The notes below the pieces were generated by a model, which worked only from the letters and a program-made list of their open reading frames with translations, was not told the origin of the DNA and did no database searches. From Amphiscolops sp. MND2022 (Eukaryota), in NCBI GenBank assembly GCA_964187785.1, contig OZ076419.1, positions 51,336,001 through 51,400,000 on the forward strand: a DNA stretch of 64,000 nt, in the 5' to 3' direction. The position numbers and the translations under genes were made by a program. Positions 26,401-39,800 of the stretch are shown here, in pieces. Positions within the stretch are counted from its first letter, which is position 1; each line of letters opens with the position of its first letter.

Positions 26401-29400
26401 GAATAGGAAGGTGGGGTATCAAAATAAAAGATTTTTTGTGGACAAAATTTTACAATTAATACGGAACCAAAACATGAAATTTTAATTAATCGACTTCTTG
26501 CAAAGAAGCGCCACGGAAATTATATCATTCAAAGTTTGGGGGTCGGGGCGCAAGAGCTTCAATTTTAAAGGGGATTACCGCGTTGGATGGCGACAGTTGA
26601 GGAAATGAGGCAATAATTTGACGAAGAGGAGATGGAATGTGTGAACAGAGTTTCGGTAAAAAAGGGTTATGTTGCGGGCAACTATTATACTCATGGGGGT
26701 ATTTAATAGTACTTGGTTGATAAAAAGACTGCGTAAAAATGGGATTTGATGCCCGAACGACGTGAGGGGGGAGCGGTTAAATGATTAGCTGATTGGTTCA
26801 GATTAAATACGATTGAAATTAATTCAGTGAGTTGTTTTGAAATCTGTTCATCTAAATACTTCATATTACTTGAAAGCGTTGTTATAGTTTTCATGTTTTT
26901 GTTAATGATCTACGAAGTGGACGATTCTTTCCGCTGCAGAGCCAGCTTAACCGGGGGCCGTTGTGGACGCTTCGGGCCACGAGGCTTGTGAGTTTGGAGT
27001 TTGTCGATTAATTCTCTGACTGACGACAACGGGGCGTGGTTGCAAAATGGAGTTGGTGGCAACAGGATCTGATTGGGAAGACGTAACGTGGCGGCTGTGT
27101 CAAATGATGATTTTGCAATGGATGAAAATGACGAAATGGGCAGCAAAGTAGAAGAAGCGGTGACAGAAGTGGAGGAGGTATTGCATGGTGCACAATGAAG
27201 AAGATATCATCTGATTGATGGGGTGTATGCCGTCTTGGAGTCGGTATAAGCAGTTGGAGGAAGAATTTACATGATTAAGTCCGGAACGATGAAGAGTTCA
27301 AGCGAAACGGTTGAGAAGAAGCACTGTTACTTTGAAAGAAGCAACGGGAAAATGGAACATTGGAATTTCGCGACGAAAAGCAAAAATGAAAGCAATGTGT
27401 CGAGAGTTATGTGTTTTGTTTGTCTACATACTTGTTTCTGTACTTGTACTTGTATGGTGTTTTGTTTAAATATGTTCAGAGTTGAGTAGTATAAAGAAAA
27501 TAACAGTATTGAGCTGAGAAAGGAAAGAAAGATCCAAACGACTCACAAGTTGAAAAGTCGATTTGAGTTTAGAAACAATCTTGTATTTTTAATATGGATT
27601 CACTTGACTTCTTGGGAACATTCTGCGGATTCTTTAGTTGAGTGTTCTCGGGAAGATTTTACAACTTCTATATATCCCAACTCATTGAACTTTTTTTTCT
27701 TTTTCCCAGTCCAAAGCAAAAAGACTGAAGGAAGTTTAAAGTGAAATGAAACAGGTTATGTCAGGAACAGGGAGAAGAGTCTTTTGACGAAAAGCAATAA
27801 TTGTTTTTTATGGCGAAAAGTTAATCTTATGAGGACTTTGAAACATTTTGAATACTTAAAAAGTTGCATCTTTTGTAAAAAATTCGATATAGTTATGGAT
27901 TATTTCGATGAACAAAGAAGTTTGCAGTGGGAGGTGTCAGAAGCTGAAAGTTATTAGAAGAGTTTTGAGTGATGTCAATTACAACTTGGCAGTAACGAAC
28001 AATAGAAGAATTGATAAAATTAGCATTTTGAGAAGCTGAGAGGTTGATGAAAGAGAGTTTTGAAGGATAAGGGAGAGGTGTTCAAAGCGGAGAAAAAATT
28101 TTGAAAAAAATGAAAAAAATATTTTCACCTTTGGTCAAAACATTGTTCTGTGAAGTTTAGAATGGAGTGAAGACTAGGAGAAAATTAGGTGAAAAAAGTT
28201 AGAAGAAAATGCGAAAAAAAGGCAAACGAAGAATGCGTTTCAAGAAGAACAATTTTCTTTCTTGAAAATTCAATAAAGTGTATTGTACACAGAGTAAGAG
28301 TATGGATTGCATTATTGTGGAAATGAAGATGATTCTGAAGAGTACAATAAATATCAAAAATACGATAGAGAATTACAAAATGGTCAGTGTTAGGAGCAAG
28401 TTCAACATGAGTACGAAAGAGGTTGAGGACGTCTGTGACGAGTTCATCAGTAGGGAAAGATAAAGAGTTAAAACAGACATTAGGATTGGCCGTTTGTCAT
28501 ACGTATGAAGAGGAAGAGGGTTGAATAAAAGTCAGAGGAGGGATGCGAAAGTTCGGGAGCTACGGAAAACGGTGGAATTAATTAAGGCAAGGCCTTGTGG
28601 ATTTGCCCAGGAACATAAGTAGTAGCTAGAAAATATTCATATTGTTTTTTTTCCAAAATGAAAGGCGAGAGTTTTGCAATAACAAGGTTGAGTTGCGCAA
28701 TAGATTAAGGATTATGGACAAACGAAGTGTAGATATAGCTAGAGTGATCATCAAGAGGTGTTTCAACAAATTTATTCATTTTTGGAAAGAAAGTAAAACA
28801 CTTATAGGAGTTAGAGTAGGAGGAAAGAAATCATCGTTCAAATTAAGAGCTTCTTGTGGAACAAACAGTGGGAGAGTTGGATCATGATAGGGTACAAGTA
28901 TATAGTATTGTTTAACAGGGTCATAATTACGAATTATACTGATGGTGTAGAGGTGATTGAGAGAGTAATGATAATGGTAGGGGGAAGGCGAAGTGAATTT
29001 GTGATTTTGAAAGATGTTATTTTGGAGATGTATTTGATAAAGGAAACGTTGATAAGTTTGATGATGGAATTTCTTGACGGAAGCAGCGGTGGTGATATCA
29101 TTTGGGTTTGTAATAAGAACATGTTGAGTTGCTTTTAAAAAGTTGAATTGAAATTGACAGAAGTGTATTCTTTTTGCTGCCAGAAGGAGAGTTGTTTCAA
29201 TTTCTCAGATGCATAGGCGACAAATCGATCAAAATTACGGCTTCGGGGCGAGCGGACTTTATATGTAGTAGAATTCATATAAAGAGAAAGAAGATTGGCT
29301 TCACAGTCATGATGAGTATGAGGAACTTCGTTAGTGATTGTGATTGTTTGAATTGGATTTTCAGAAGTGTGTGGAATCGGAGGAAGAAAAAGAATCAATG

Positions 29401-30736
29401 AAGGCAGGGTCTTCGAGAATATTGTAATTTTTTTTATTGTAATTTTTTATTGTAATTATCGAAATAGTATAGGTTCAGTTATCAATGGTAACTTGAAAAT
29501 TAGTAGGCGGAGTAGTGGGAGAATGAGAAGTTTTAAGATTTGAAGGGAGGTTGAGTATAAATAGTAGAAACACTGGAAGTTAGGTTGGAGGAGCATGATT
29601 GACCGATAGGAAGTGATGGTTCAGGAGTAGGGTTAGTAGTGATAGGAGTTCGTTCAAGTACCTGAGTTTGGAATTCAAGAGTGCCTGATTTTAATGAGAG
29701 AGGTGACGACAAACATGCGATGCGAAAAGAAAGTTCTTCATCTTATTGAGGAAAAGTAATTTTCAGAGGTTTGTTTTTGAAAAAGGATGTACGTTGAAAT
29801 ATAAAGGTAAACTAGTGTAGAGTATAGAAAGTATTCAAATTGGTGGATAGTTAGAAATCGTGCAATTTGATGAGAGATTATACGGTAGAATGAGTTATAG
29901 TTGATGAAGGATTGCAAGAGTTATATTAGAAACGGAAAGCTGAAAAATGCGTACTATTTTAATTCAAAAATTGAATGGAAAGTTCACGGTTTTTAACACG
30001 TTAGAGGAAAAGAAAGCAGCTTAACTTGGTGGCAACAAGAAAAAAATGACAAAAATTATTGAATAGAGAGATGGGAAAATCATTCAGGGGGAAAGCGACA
30101 CGTAGAATGAATTGTAAAAGGGCTTTCAGGTTAATTAACGATACTATTGACTGTCAATGGAAGTTCATTAAACTTCATCGAAGGTGGTGTTGGAGGATAT
30201 ATTTTAGTTGGTTGCCATATATTGTGCACTGAGGAACTACTAGAGGAGGTGTCTTCTTGAGAAGTGGAATCATGTGAAAAGGGAGGACATGTCAATTGAG
30301 GTAAATGTGAATGACGAGGAGAGAGAATATTATGGGAATTAGAATGCAAACTATAAATAGGAAGAGGAAGTGAATTATCCTCAGGTAATGGAGGAGTATT
30401 TATAGGTGGGTAAGGTAGAGAAAGATTAGAGAGCGAAGTAGATGTTAGGGTAAGGATGTTAGCTTGGAACTTTTAATTTTGAGATTTAATAATTAGGTTT
30501 TGAAACTTGGTTCATGTTTGATGTTATAAATAAAATTGTTGATTTGGAGAATCCAGTTAAGAGCTCGATTATTAGTGGACTGGGGAAGGAGGTGGAGATG
30601 AGTCTGAATGGTTATAATCAATATCAGAATCAACACTGGAAGGATGTATCATAGCCATCATCATGGGTTTTGTCACAGTTCCAACGAGACCATAACCTAA
30701 TGCAGAAATAAGAGTCATTTGTGTTTTAAGGATTCT

Positions 30737-30936
30737 NNNNNNNNNNNNNNNNNNNNNNNNNNNNNNNNNNNNNNNNNNNNNNNNNNNNNNNNNNNNNNNN
30801 NNNNNNNNNNNNNNNNNNNNNNNNNNNNNNNNNNNNNNNNNNNNNNNNNNNNNNNNNNNNNNNNNNNNNNNNNNNNNNNNNNNNNNNNNNNNNNNNNNNN
30901 NNNNNNNNNNNNNNNNNNNNNNNNNNNNNNNNNNNN
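30737..30936. other. Assembly gap (200 N)
   Basis: Run of exactly 200 N, a typical scaffolding spacer. Confidence 0.99.
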
Positions 30937-32220
30937 GAAGTGTAAAACGAGAGCACAAATAAAAAATTCCTCATTGGGTTAAAGTATAACATGGGCAACT
31001 CCAGAGTTTAATGAAAGCGTCAGAGAACCATTCAGGAGTGAAAAAAGGAGTTAAGTTTACCATGCTGTGATGAAGACCAATTCAAAGAGATTTTTATGGT
31101 TTATCAGGGAGGTTTTCAAATGATTGTTTACTCTTTAATCAATAGGTAAAACGTTACCAAGGAGTTGGAGTGTACTTTTGAGTGTTTGCAATTGAAACCT
31201 GATTCCAAAATCGTTTGAGACCTTTTTGAGAATGACAACCTGCATCTTGAGCAGTAAAGGTGATAGGGCTAATATGAATTTGAGTTTGAATAGAGTCTGC
31301 AGAGTGTTTTTCACTAAGGGTATCAAGAGGTTCAAGATCAGGTATAGTTAGAGGTTTGGAAGGTGGAAGAGAAGAGTCACGTTGAAAATGTCGACAACGA
31401 TTTTCATTACAAGTCGGAACTAAAATTGACTTTCGAGGTATATTAAAAATTCGTAGGAGGAATGGATCAAGGTCACTAAGATCAGGAATGTGAGGAAGAT
31501 GAGGAGATGATGAATGGCTCGGTGTATTATCAAAAGGACGTCAGTTAAATTCACGATGTAAAATTAAAGAAGAGGTTTGAGAATAGTTTATTGTGTCTGT
31601 GGAAACAGAAGAAGAATCAGATGAGTTGGTGTCTGTTATAGAATTGGATGAGACATCAACAGGAGAATCCAGGGTGGAAACGTTACAAGGATAAAATAGT
31701 TAGGAGGAAAATAGTATTTAAATTTCACTTGATAGTTGTATTACTAAGATATAGTAGTATCTGAACGTATGCCATTAGTTAAGTGAGATTTGAGAAGTTT
31801 ACGACGAAATGGTAGAAACGAAGTCGTAGGATAGGCTAATTGAATTTGCAATTTTGCACTCTGGACATTCAAACGAGGTGTCTAGGCAGTCAATTAAAAT
31901 CAAACAATTAAGGTGTTTTTGTAATTATGGGGTGAAACTAATATTAGGTTAAGAATCTATCAAAGTTTTGGTGGAAGTGTACATAAAATATAGGGTAAAT
32001 GAGGAGCTCGAAAATGAATGGGCGTTTGAGTTTCAGTAGAAGGTTCAGGGTAATGTGTTAGAAGAGGAGGAATGACATTTATGGTTATGGAGGAATTCAT
32101 TGTCTGAATCTAATGAGTCAAAAGAGGAGAAAAAGACGTTTTGGTATGTTGAAATAGTTTCATTTAAAGTATTTGGATTAAAAAGTTCAAGTCATTGGAC
32201 TTGATTAGAATCAAAAGATT

Positions 32221-33690
32221 GAGAAAAAGTTCAAGTGATTGGACTTGATTCGATTGAAAAGATTATGTTGATAAGAGTCAGTATCATGATTGTTAAGAAG
32301 TGACGAATTGGAGTGATATTGGCGAATAAATGGAAAAATAACAGGTTCTTAAGGGTAATAGGGCAAAAAATGATTGCAGTGGGTGTGAAATGTAGAACCA
32401 TCTTGGGCCATACGTTGTTGAATGTTGAATGTTTTTATATGGGCCAATAGGGAGAGTTTTGAGTTTATTGGCGAAGTTGACTTGTTTGAAATTTGTATGT
32501 ATAACAAAAGTATAAAGACGAAGTCGTTTTGAGTGAGTAGTTTCGGATGAGTTTTTGCATGTTGAGCAGATAAAAGCAGACGCGAAATGGGTTCAGTAAT
32601 GAGAGAAATGGAAAAACGGTTGGGATCATTGTCACAAAAATGAGTGTGTTGTGGAAGAGAATCACAAAAAGTAGTAAAACAATCTTTGAAAGAGTTACGT
32701 AATAAATTAGGAGAAAAGGTTAAAAGAATGCGTGGGTGTGAATGGAAAACAATTTGGTAAGGAGAAAATTTAAGTTGTGAAGAGGAGCATAAGTATACAT
32801 TTGAGTTTGGAAGGACCAATGAATAGGAGGATTTTGTTAAAATAAGCGTAGATGAGTTCCAAGATTACGATTTTGCACTTCAACTAAACCATTTGTCCAT
32901 GAGAAAATGGAGTACGTGGAGTGTGAATGATGTGAAAAAAAATCAAAGATGAGTCATATATGGGAAAAAGTTCAAGTGGTTAAACTTGATTCGAATGAAA
33001 AGATTATGTTGATAAGAGTCAGTATCAGGATTGTTAAGAGGTGACGAATTGGAGTGATATTGGAGAATATATGGAAAAATAACAGGTTCTTTAGGGTAAT
33101 AGGGCAAAAAATGATTGCAGTGGGTGTGAAATGTAGAACCATCTTGGGCCATACGTTGTTGAATGTTGAATGTTTTTATATGGGTCAATAGGGAGAGTTT
33201 TGAGTTTATTGACGATGTTGACTTGTTTGAAATTTGTATGTATAACAAACGTATAAAGACGAAGTCGTTTTGAGTGAGTAGTTTCGGATGAGTTATTGCA
33301 TGTTGAGCAGATAAAAGCAGAGGCGAAATGGGATTAGTAATGAGAGAAAGGAAACAAAGGTTGGGATCATTGTCACAAAAATGAGTGTGTTGTGGAAGAG
33401 AATCGCAAAAAGTAGTAAAACAATCTTTGAAAGAGTTACGTAATAAATTAGGAGAAACGGTTAAAGGAATGCGTGAATGTGAGTGGAAAACAATTTGGTA
33501 AGGAGAAAATTTAAGTTGTGAAGAGTAGCCTAAGTATACATTTGAGTTTGGAAGGACCAATGAATAGGAGTATTTTGTTGAAATAAGCGTAGATGAGTTT
33601 CAAGATTACGATTTTGAACTTCAACTAAACCATTTGTCCATGAGAAACTGGAGTACATGGAGTGTGAATAATGTAAAAAGAAATCAAAGA
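32221..33690 (-). repeat. Approximately 740-bp tandem duplication of the integrase C-terminal region
   Basis: ORFs 32349-32819 and 32943-33560 are near-identical in sequence (MVLPNSNVYL...HTHCNHFLPYYP). The unit offset is about 740 bp. Confidence 0.9.
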
Positions 33691-36600
33691 TGAGCCATTT
33701 CTTGATTGATGTATTCAGTACCTCGATCAGTATTTGAAAATTGAGGAGGGGCAAATTTTCTGATCAAATGATAAAGGAGTGTTCGAAGGGTAAATTTAGA
33801 AGAGATTTGAGGATTTGTATTGGTTACAACAGTTTGACTAAAAGCATCAACAATGACAAAAATATAAGAGTCATTTTTAGAATCAGTCGAGACCGGAACT
33901 TTTGTGACCACTGAGATTCAAAATTTAAAATTGAAGGTGTTTTCAAAAAATTGCAGTTGAGGAGAAACATTATGAGTTTTAACCAAAAAATGTTTATTTG
34001 TCTGACACTCAACACAATCGGGAATGAAAATGGAAACCAAAATGACAAGTGGGGGATATGATAAAACTTATTGAAAAGCTTTTCACCGGAATGACCATGT
34101 GAATGAGTTTTGTCAAAAGCAGCATAAAATAGTTTGAATAAAAAACAAATGCGATTTTAGCAATTTTAAGGTTAATGGAGCTACAAAATTGATGCATTTG
34201 TTCAATGAGTTCTAGAATATGAGTTTTAGGGTTTAGCTAGAATGAAGATATCGTCAATTCAAACGAGTGCACAGCATTGGACAATGAGTTTCTGCAAAAA
34301 GGAATACACTTATTTGGTTTAAATAATCGAAAGTCCTGTAGGACCATATAAAGTTATGTAGTTTATCTCCAAGTGAACAAATTGTGATAGTAATAGTTTC
34401 TTAGTCCAAATGGTTATGTGTATGAGCATACATAATGTCAATTGCAAACTTATATTTTTTGTTAGCTCTCGCTAATTCAGAAGCTAGAGGTTCTATAGGC
34501 CAAGATTCAAAAGATTGGTCGGTGTTAGAGTTTAAGTGTCATGCGTCTAGGACGACAGTAATAGTATCTCTCATGGTGATTATAAGGAGTGGTTATAAAA
34601 ATGTAGCACCATAGATAGATTTATCTGAGGGGGTGGAACCAATTTTTCAAATAAAATTTTGTTGTTCTAAACCAATGAGTATTTTTTTAGGTTTTCTCTA
34701 TAGTGAATGGGAACTTTAGTAAGTCTTTGAATCTGAAGTTTAGCATTGGGTTTAAGGGGAACTCTGAAAGGGTGTAGCAGTTTCACCAACATCATCACAA
34801 TGCGTGGCATAACAATGCTGATATTTGTCTCTATTGGAACAGAAGGTTTGGGTTCTATGCAATCTGGCCAATATGAATGAAATATAGTGTGAAAAAGGGA
34901 GTTGGAACCATTAACTGTGAAGTGTAGTGATTTAATTTTAGTAGCAGGAACCTCGAGGTAGCCAATATAAATTGGTGAAAGGAGTGCAGACTGATGGGTA
35001 AAACTTTGAATTATAACAGCAACTTTTAGGTTCGGGTTTGGCATTTTGATATACTTAGAGAGCGTTACAGGTAGAGAGGAACGTGTATTAAAATAAGGAT
35101 GAGGAGTTGAAGGAAATATGATTTTATTTTCAATGTTTTAAATGTCAAAGGAAGAGTTCATTGAATGGTAAATTAATAGTTTGAGAGGCGTTAGATATAA
35201 GTATGTTTTATTTTTTTCTTTACCGGAAAATATGTATGAGAGATATGGAGTACCTTTTCTTTGTGAGCAGTAAAAGGAGGTTTGTTAACATGAGATTCAT
35301 GTGGTGTATGAAGGTGTTAAGGTTTTAAAGTCAATATCTGCAGATGTGCATTTTGAACATTTAAAGGAAGTGTTCGGCTAAGATAGTGAATGTGGGAAAT
35401 TTTAAAACACAGAGAGAGGCACCACTGTCTAGTAGGAATAAAGGTTCTAATTTAGAAGGTAAAGAGTCTTCCGGAAGGTTAAAAATATAAACGTTTACAG
35501 ACCAAATGGAAGAAGTTCGTGTTACCATGATTTTTACGGGAAGTAAAATGTTTCATACTAGGTGGATTGGTTGGATGATACATGTGGATTTCGAAACTAG
35601 GTTCAGAGGAGGATTGGGCATGAGAATATGCAGTGGTGTATTGTGTGAGATTGAGAGTGGGTTTAAAAAATGATGGATTTGGTGATTTATATCGTCTAAA
35701 CGACGAGTTAGTTATTGTAAGTTGTTGGAGGAGCGCCCACGAGCGTTAAGGGTTAGAGCGAGAGTAAGAACGAGATGCAAATCGAGATTCTCGAGAAGGT
35801 TTTCTATACTGTTACTGTTACAATAACAGTAACTGCCTCCGTTTTCTATACTGGGTTACTGTTACATGGACTAGGTCAACGAGGAGTATTTTTGTCAGAT
35901 TTCTTATATGGAGATTAAAATTGTTGATAAAGAGAGAAGTAGGTGATTTTGATTGAAGTGTATAATCTTTAAGCATGTTGAGTCTACGATAACAAGTAGT
36001 TACAGAGCGCTTATTTTCATCACAGAAGGGGCACTTTTTTAAACTGAGGTTTTGATTTTCTGTTAGGATCTACTGCATTTTTTTGTGGAGTTTCAGAGAT
36101 GTTTCTTTTGAAAGAAGCAATTTGTTGAAGTGTGTACCAGAGTGTATTAGTCGCGAGTGAAAGTTCTAACAATTGAACTTCTTAAGCGTAACGTCTTCAG
36201 TGTCAACAATTTTGACAAGAGGGTGAAAAGGGATGGATGGTTCACTAGAACTAGGAATGGGTGTAACTGTGTACTGTGTTCTCTGTGGGAGACCTCGAGT
36301 GGAAATTTCGTTACATTTTAGGTTTATGGTTGATGGATATTCATCAGACCAGCCTTGTTTGACGAGGGTTTTAACATTTTTATTATCCGTTTTAACAAAA
36401 GAATGTGCTTCAAGTTGAGCATGGTGAGCAAGTTTTTGAGAGTATGATTGTTTTTTGAAATTTTGTAAGAAGGAAGACATCCACGGTCAAACCAATTGGA
36501 GGCAGCTCTTGAGAGGGAACAATAAAGAACGTACGTCTAGAGTTTTAAATACGATTGAATATCAAGAGGTTATTTTCAAGTGGAAATGTTACGCGTGCAC

Positions 36601-37182
36601 TGAGGTGAGCCAAAATCTTTTCAGCCGGATACCTGTGGTTCAAGCCATCGAAAGGTTTATTGAGATCAGAGGGGAGAAGCGAAAGGAACAGAAGGAATAA
36701 TTTGAAAAACAGATGGAGGATGTTGAGATGGAGGTGGATTAAGAATATGTGGAGGATGAGACGGTGGAAGAGGATTGGGAGGCAGAAGAGGAGGAAAAGA
36801 AAGTAGTGTATAGTCATGAAAACCTGGGTGGAGTGATGCAAAAGGACCATAAGAAGTGCTAGTGGGATTAGTATTGTGGGGAGTAAGATGTACAAGAGGA
36901 TTTTGAGAAGTTGAGAAAAAAGGTTGAGTGTGGTGGGTAGAAGAGGAAAGATTATGATCATACGGAGGTAGAGAGAATGAGGTTGTGGGTGAGTAGTAAT
37001 GGTGGGGTGCAAGGAAAAAGGAATTGCTTGAAGAGGACGAAAAATTTGTGAAGAGACGGTAGATTGGGTCGTGATAGGATTTACAGAAGTAGGAGTACGG
37101 GAAACAGAAAAAGTATTGTATTGTTGGGGTGAATGAGAAGTAGGTGGTTGAGGGCTTATAGATTGATAAAAAGAAGGCGGAA

Positions 37183-39800
37183 TTGGTGGGTCTAAGTTTG
37201 GAGTTGGATTACGAATATGGTGAGTTTACTAGAACATTAGGGGATGGAGGTATTGTTTGTGAAGAATTGTCAGAGTTGGTGTCAAAACTTGACCGTCTTC
37301 GTCTCAGGAATCGCCGTCCCGCCAGTCTTAATTTCAGCAGCAGCAATCTCAGAAGCAACAACCACAACAACCAGGGAGTCTTGCAACACCAGAGAACCCT
37401 ACATGGCACCCCACTTCGCAAGCAAGCGATTCAGAATCCTGGCAAAAGCACTTTCACTAAGCAGCCAGCGTATCTGACTCCAACGCAGAATATCCGAGGT
37501 ACCCAGGTGATTAGAGATACCAGGAGAATTTGCGAAGCAGCAGTGATTGTCTCCACAGAGTGGTTCCATCAGAATAATATGTGCCCGCCAAGCGACGACG
37601 ATCATGCTGCACTAAAGAAAACCACGGTCTCTGGAATCATGAGTAGACATCTTCGTGCAGGTCAAACCCCGCAATTGAGCCTACGTGGCTCAGCAGGGCA
37701 GCGAACATATTACCCAGCGTTGAGGACAACTACCTGGATGAACACACAATTGATCTAGGTGGGCAGTTTGAAAAGAGGTATGCTCTACTAGCAGAAGAGA
37801 CCATAGAGGTAAACAGAAGGTACGCCAGAGACCTCGAAGCCCAGTTATCTATGCCCAAATACTGGTTGCAGCGTGCAGCTACACCTTGGTCATTTATTCC
37901 AACTTCGTGAAGAATATACCTACCGACAATGTGTATTTCCGATGTAATGGTCATGGCCCTTCAATTGTCTAGGATCCACCACATGGCAGAACTGGTCGTG
38001 GCCATAGACGGTAAGTATAGAGAGTCCCATCCTCGCAAGATGATCCTTGGTAATGTTTTTGATCATCTATCCTGCGAAGGACTGATGACGCAGCTATCTG
38101 AAATTGAGTTAAAGAACCCTACCACTGCACAAAGAAGGGCAGTGCTCAACGAAACAATTAAGTTACCCAGGGCATTGGAGAAAAGCCAACACTTATTGAA
38201 GGAAAAAAAGCAGACGCCCGTCTTTTTCGTAACTCTTCCTGGGTTCAATCAATGGCACTCTGCGTTCCAGCGGTTTGTCGACACGGTAACAGAGATTTGT
38301 CAATGTCGAGGGGTAGATTTTGCCAATTGCGCCCCAATCATAAGGATACATGCTGGAGAATTGCGTCTTTCCTGGCTGTCGTACATGGGGTATGTTGTCG
38401 TCGTATGAAAAGTCCTGCACACAGTCGATCGAACAGGTCATTCCCAGTTGATCCCTGACGACTCAATCGTTCTAAACATCGAACAAGAATGCTAATATTT
38501 AATGCTGGAGGCCAATTTCGGCTTCCGGAGCCAACGCCGGCGGAGTGTGAAGCCATAAGGGTCCATAACGCGCTCCACCGGTGAGAAAACCTCAAATAAA
38601 ACTGAATTGGCGGAAGTCCCAGCACCGATGGGAAAAGTGTTCGATACCCGAGAAGTGGAACGAGCGATACCGGGAGTCCAGTTTGCTCCCAACGTTTGCC
38701 TGGTCAAACTTTCACTGAGAATGAAATGCATCGCTGCCAAGTCCATTACTGAGACATAGGAGGAGATACAGGCGAGTAACAGTACCTACGACAGCTGGTA
38801 CTAAAAGTTAAGAACAATGACAGCCTCACTGTGGACTAGTGTCTATTGTGCTTAGGCATTGGTTGATGCCCTGACGGTATTCGAGTGGAATTCGGACTAG
38901 ATGAAAGCATGATAGTTGAGATTAGCGTAGTAATCGCGGAGATGGCCTGCATTGATACTTGCCGAACTGATTGCCGGATGCAGCCTGGAGCGCTTCCTTT
39001 CATACCTAGTGATTGCTCGAGGCGATATTCAATGGTAGATAGCCTTCGCGGAGATCCTAAAAAGGAAGCATGTCCAAGGGCCTCCTGACCAGTTGGAGGC
39101 GATGAAAACTTCTCTCTCTGTCATTGGACTTACTGCAGCCTGGTGTATGCCTCGGGCTTGTTCGTTGCCATCAACAGCACCCAGCCACTGTACGGCGGGC
39201 GACAAATGATCTCTGAAGTCACCCGATTTGTGACGCCAAATCAATTGGCGGACTTCACTCTGTTGAGGACCGGATACCTGTGTTGACACCCGTGCTAACC
39301 CCATTATTGGTGCCACAGGAGTCCAGCGTTACCCAACCAAGCCCTTCGCGTGGCATCCGAGATTCTGAGCTCGTCGATTTTAACTTTATGAAGCACAAGA
39401 GACACCAGGATTAACAACATATGCTGGAACGCGTTGTACTCCTGCAAGTGGCTAGAATGTACACCTCCATAAAAGCCGAAATCCAACAAACACGAAAACT
39501 TGATGGGCGTTTGAAAGATAATGACCAAGAACGCCTGCCAACTACTGAGAATGTCCGGACCAGTCAACTGGTATAGTTCCCCACTCGATGCAGAAGGCAA
39601 CACAAGCCAATATAATTGGATTTGGAATCCGCTCAGGTCCTTAAGAAACGAGAGCTTGGGAGCTGTTGGTGGTCATACGAATAAAGACCATAGTTTCCAG
39701 ATGATCATGATCCCAGCGAGATATTGGCGGCGAGCAGCCATAGGTATATAGAGTTGGAAACCCATCAGTTTTGTCTAGCGCGGCTTCGACGAACAGTTTT
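37183..39800 (+). pseudogene. Decayed GC-richer long coding relic, probably an accessory ORF of a retroelement; product unknown
   Basis: Chain of same-strand ORF fragments (191 aa, 159 aa and smaller) with protein-like composition, broken by stops and frameshifts. No introns are evident and no RT or IN motif is seen. Confidence 0.45.

Larger units (their letters stand above)
26000..37150 (-). mobile_element. Large, heavily decayed Ty3/Gypsy element: gag (~37.1-36.0 kb), RT relic (~34.7-34.1 kb), integrase (~33.95-32.2 kb), long 3' accessory region (boundaries approximate)
   Basis: Integrase core IVDAFS...TDRGTEYINQ...WTNGLVEVQNRNL. Degenerate RT motif LV*IDDIFI near 34250. Gag-like LNHRYPAEKILAHLSARVTF. 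Strong strand skew throughout. Confidence 0.75.

Noticed and set aside
30572-30998. Three ORF-track entries containing long X runs
   Set aside because: They are artefacts of translating through the 200-N gap.
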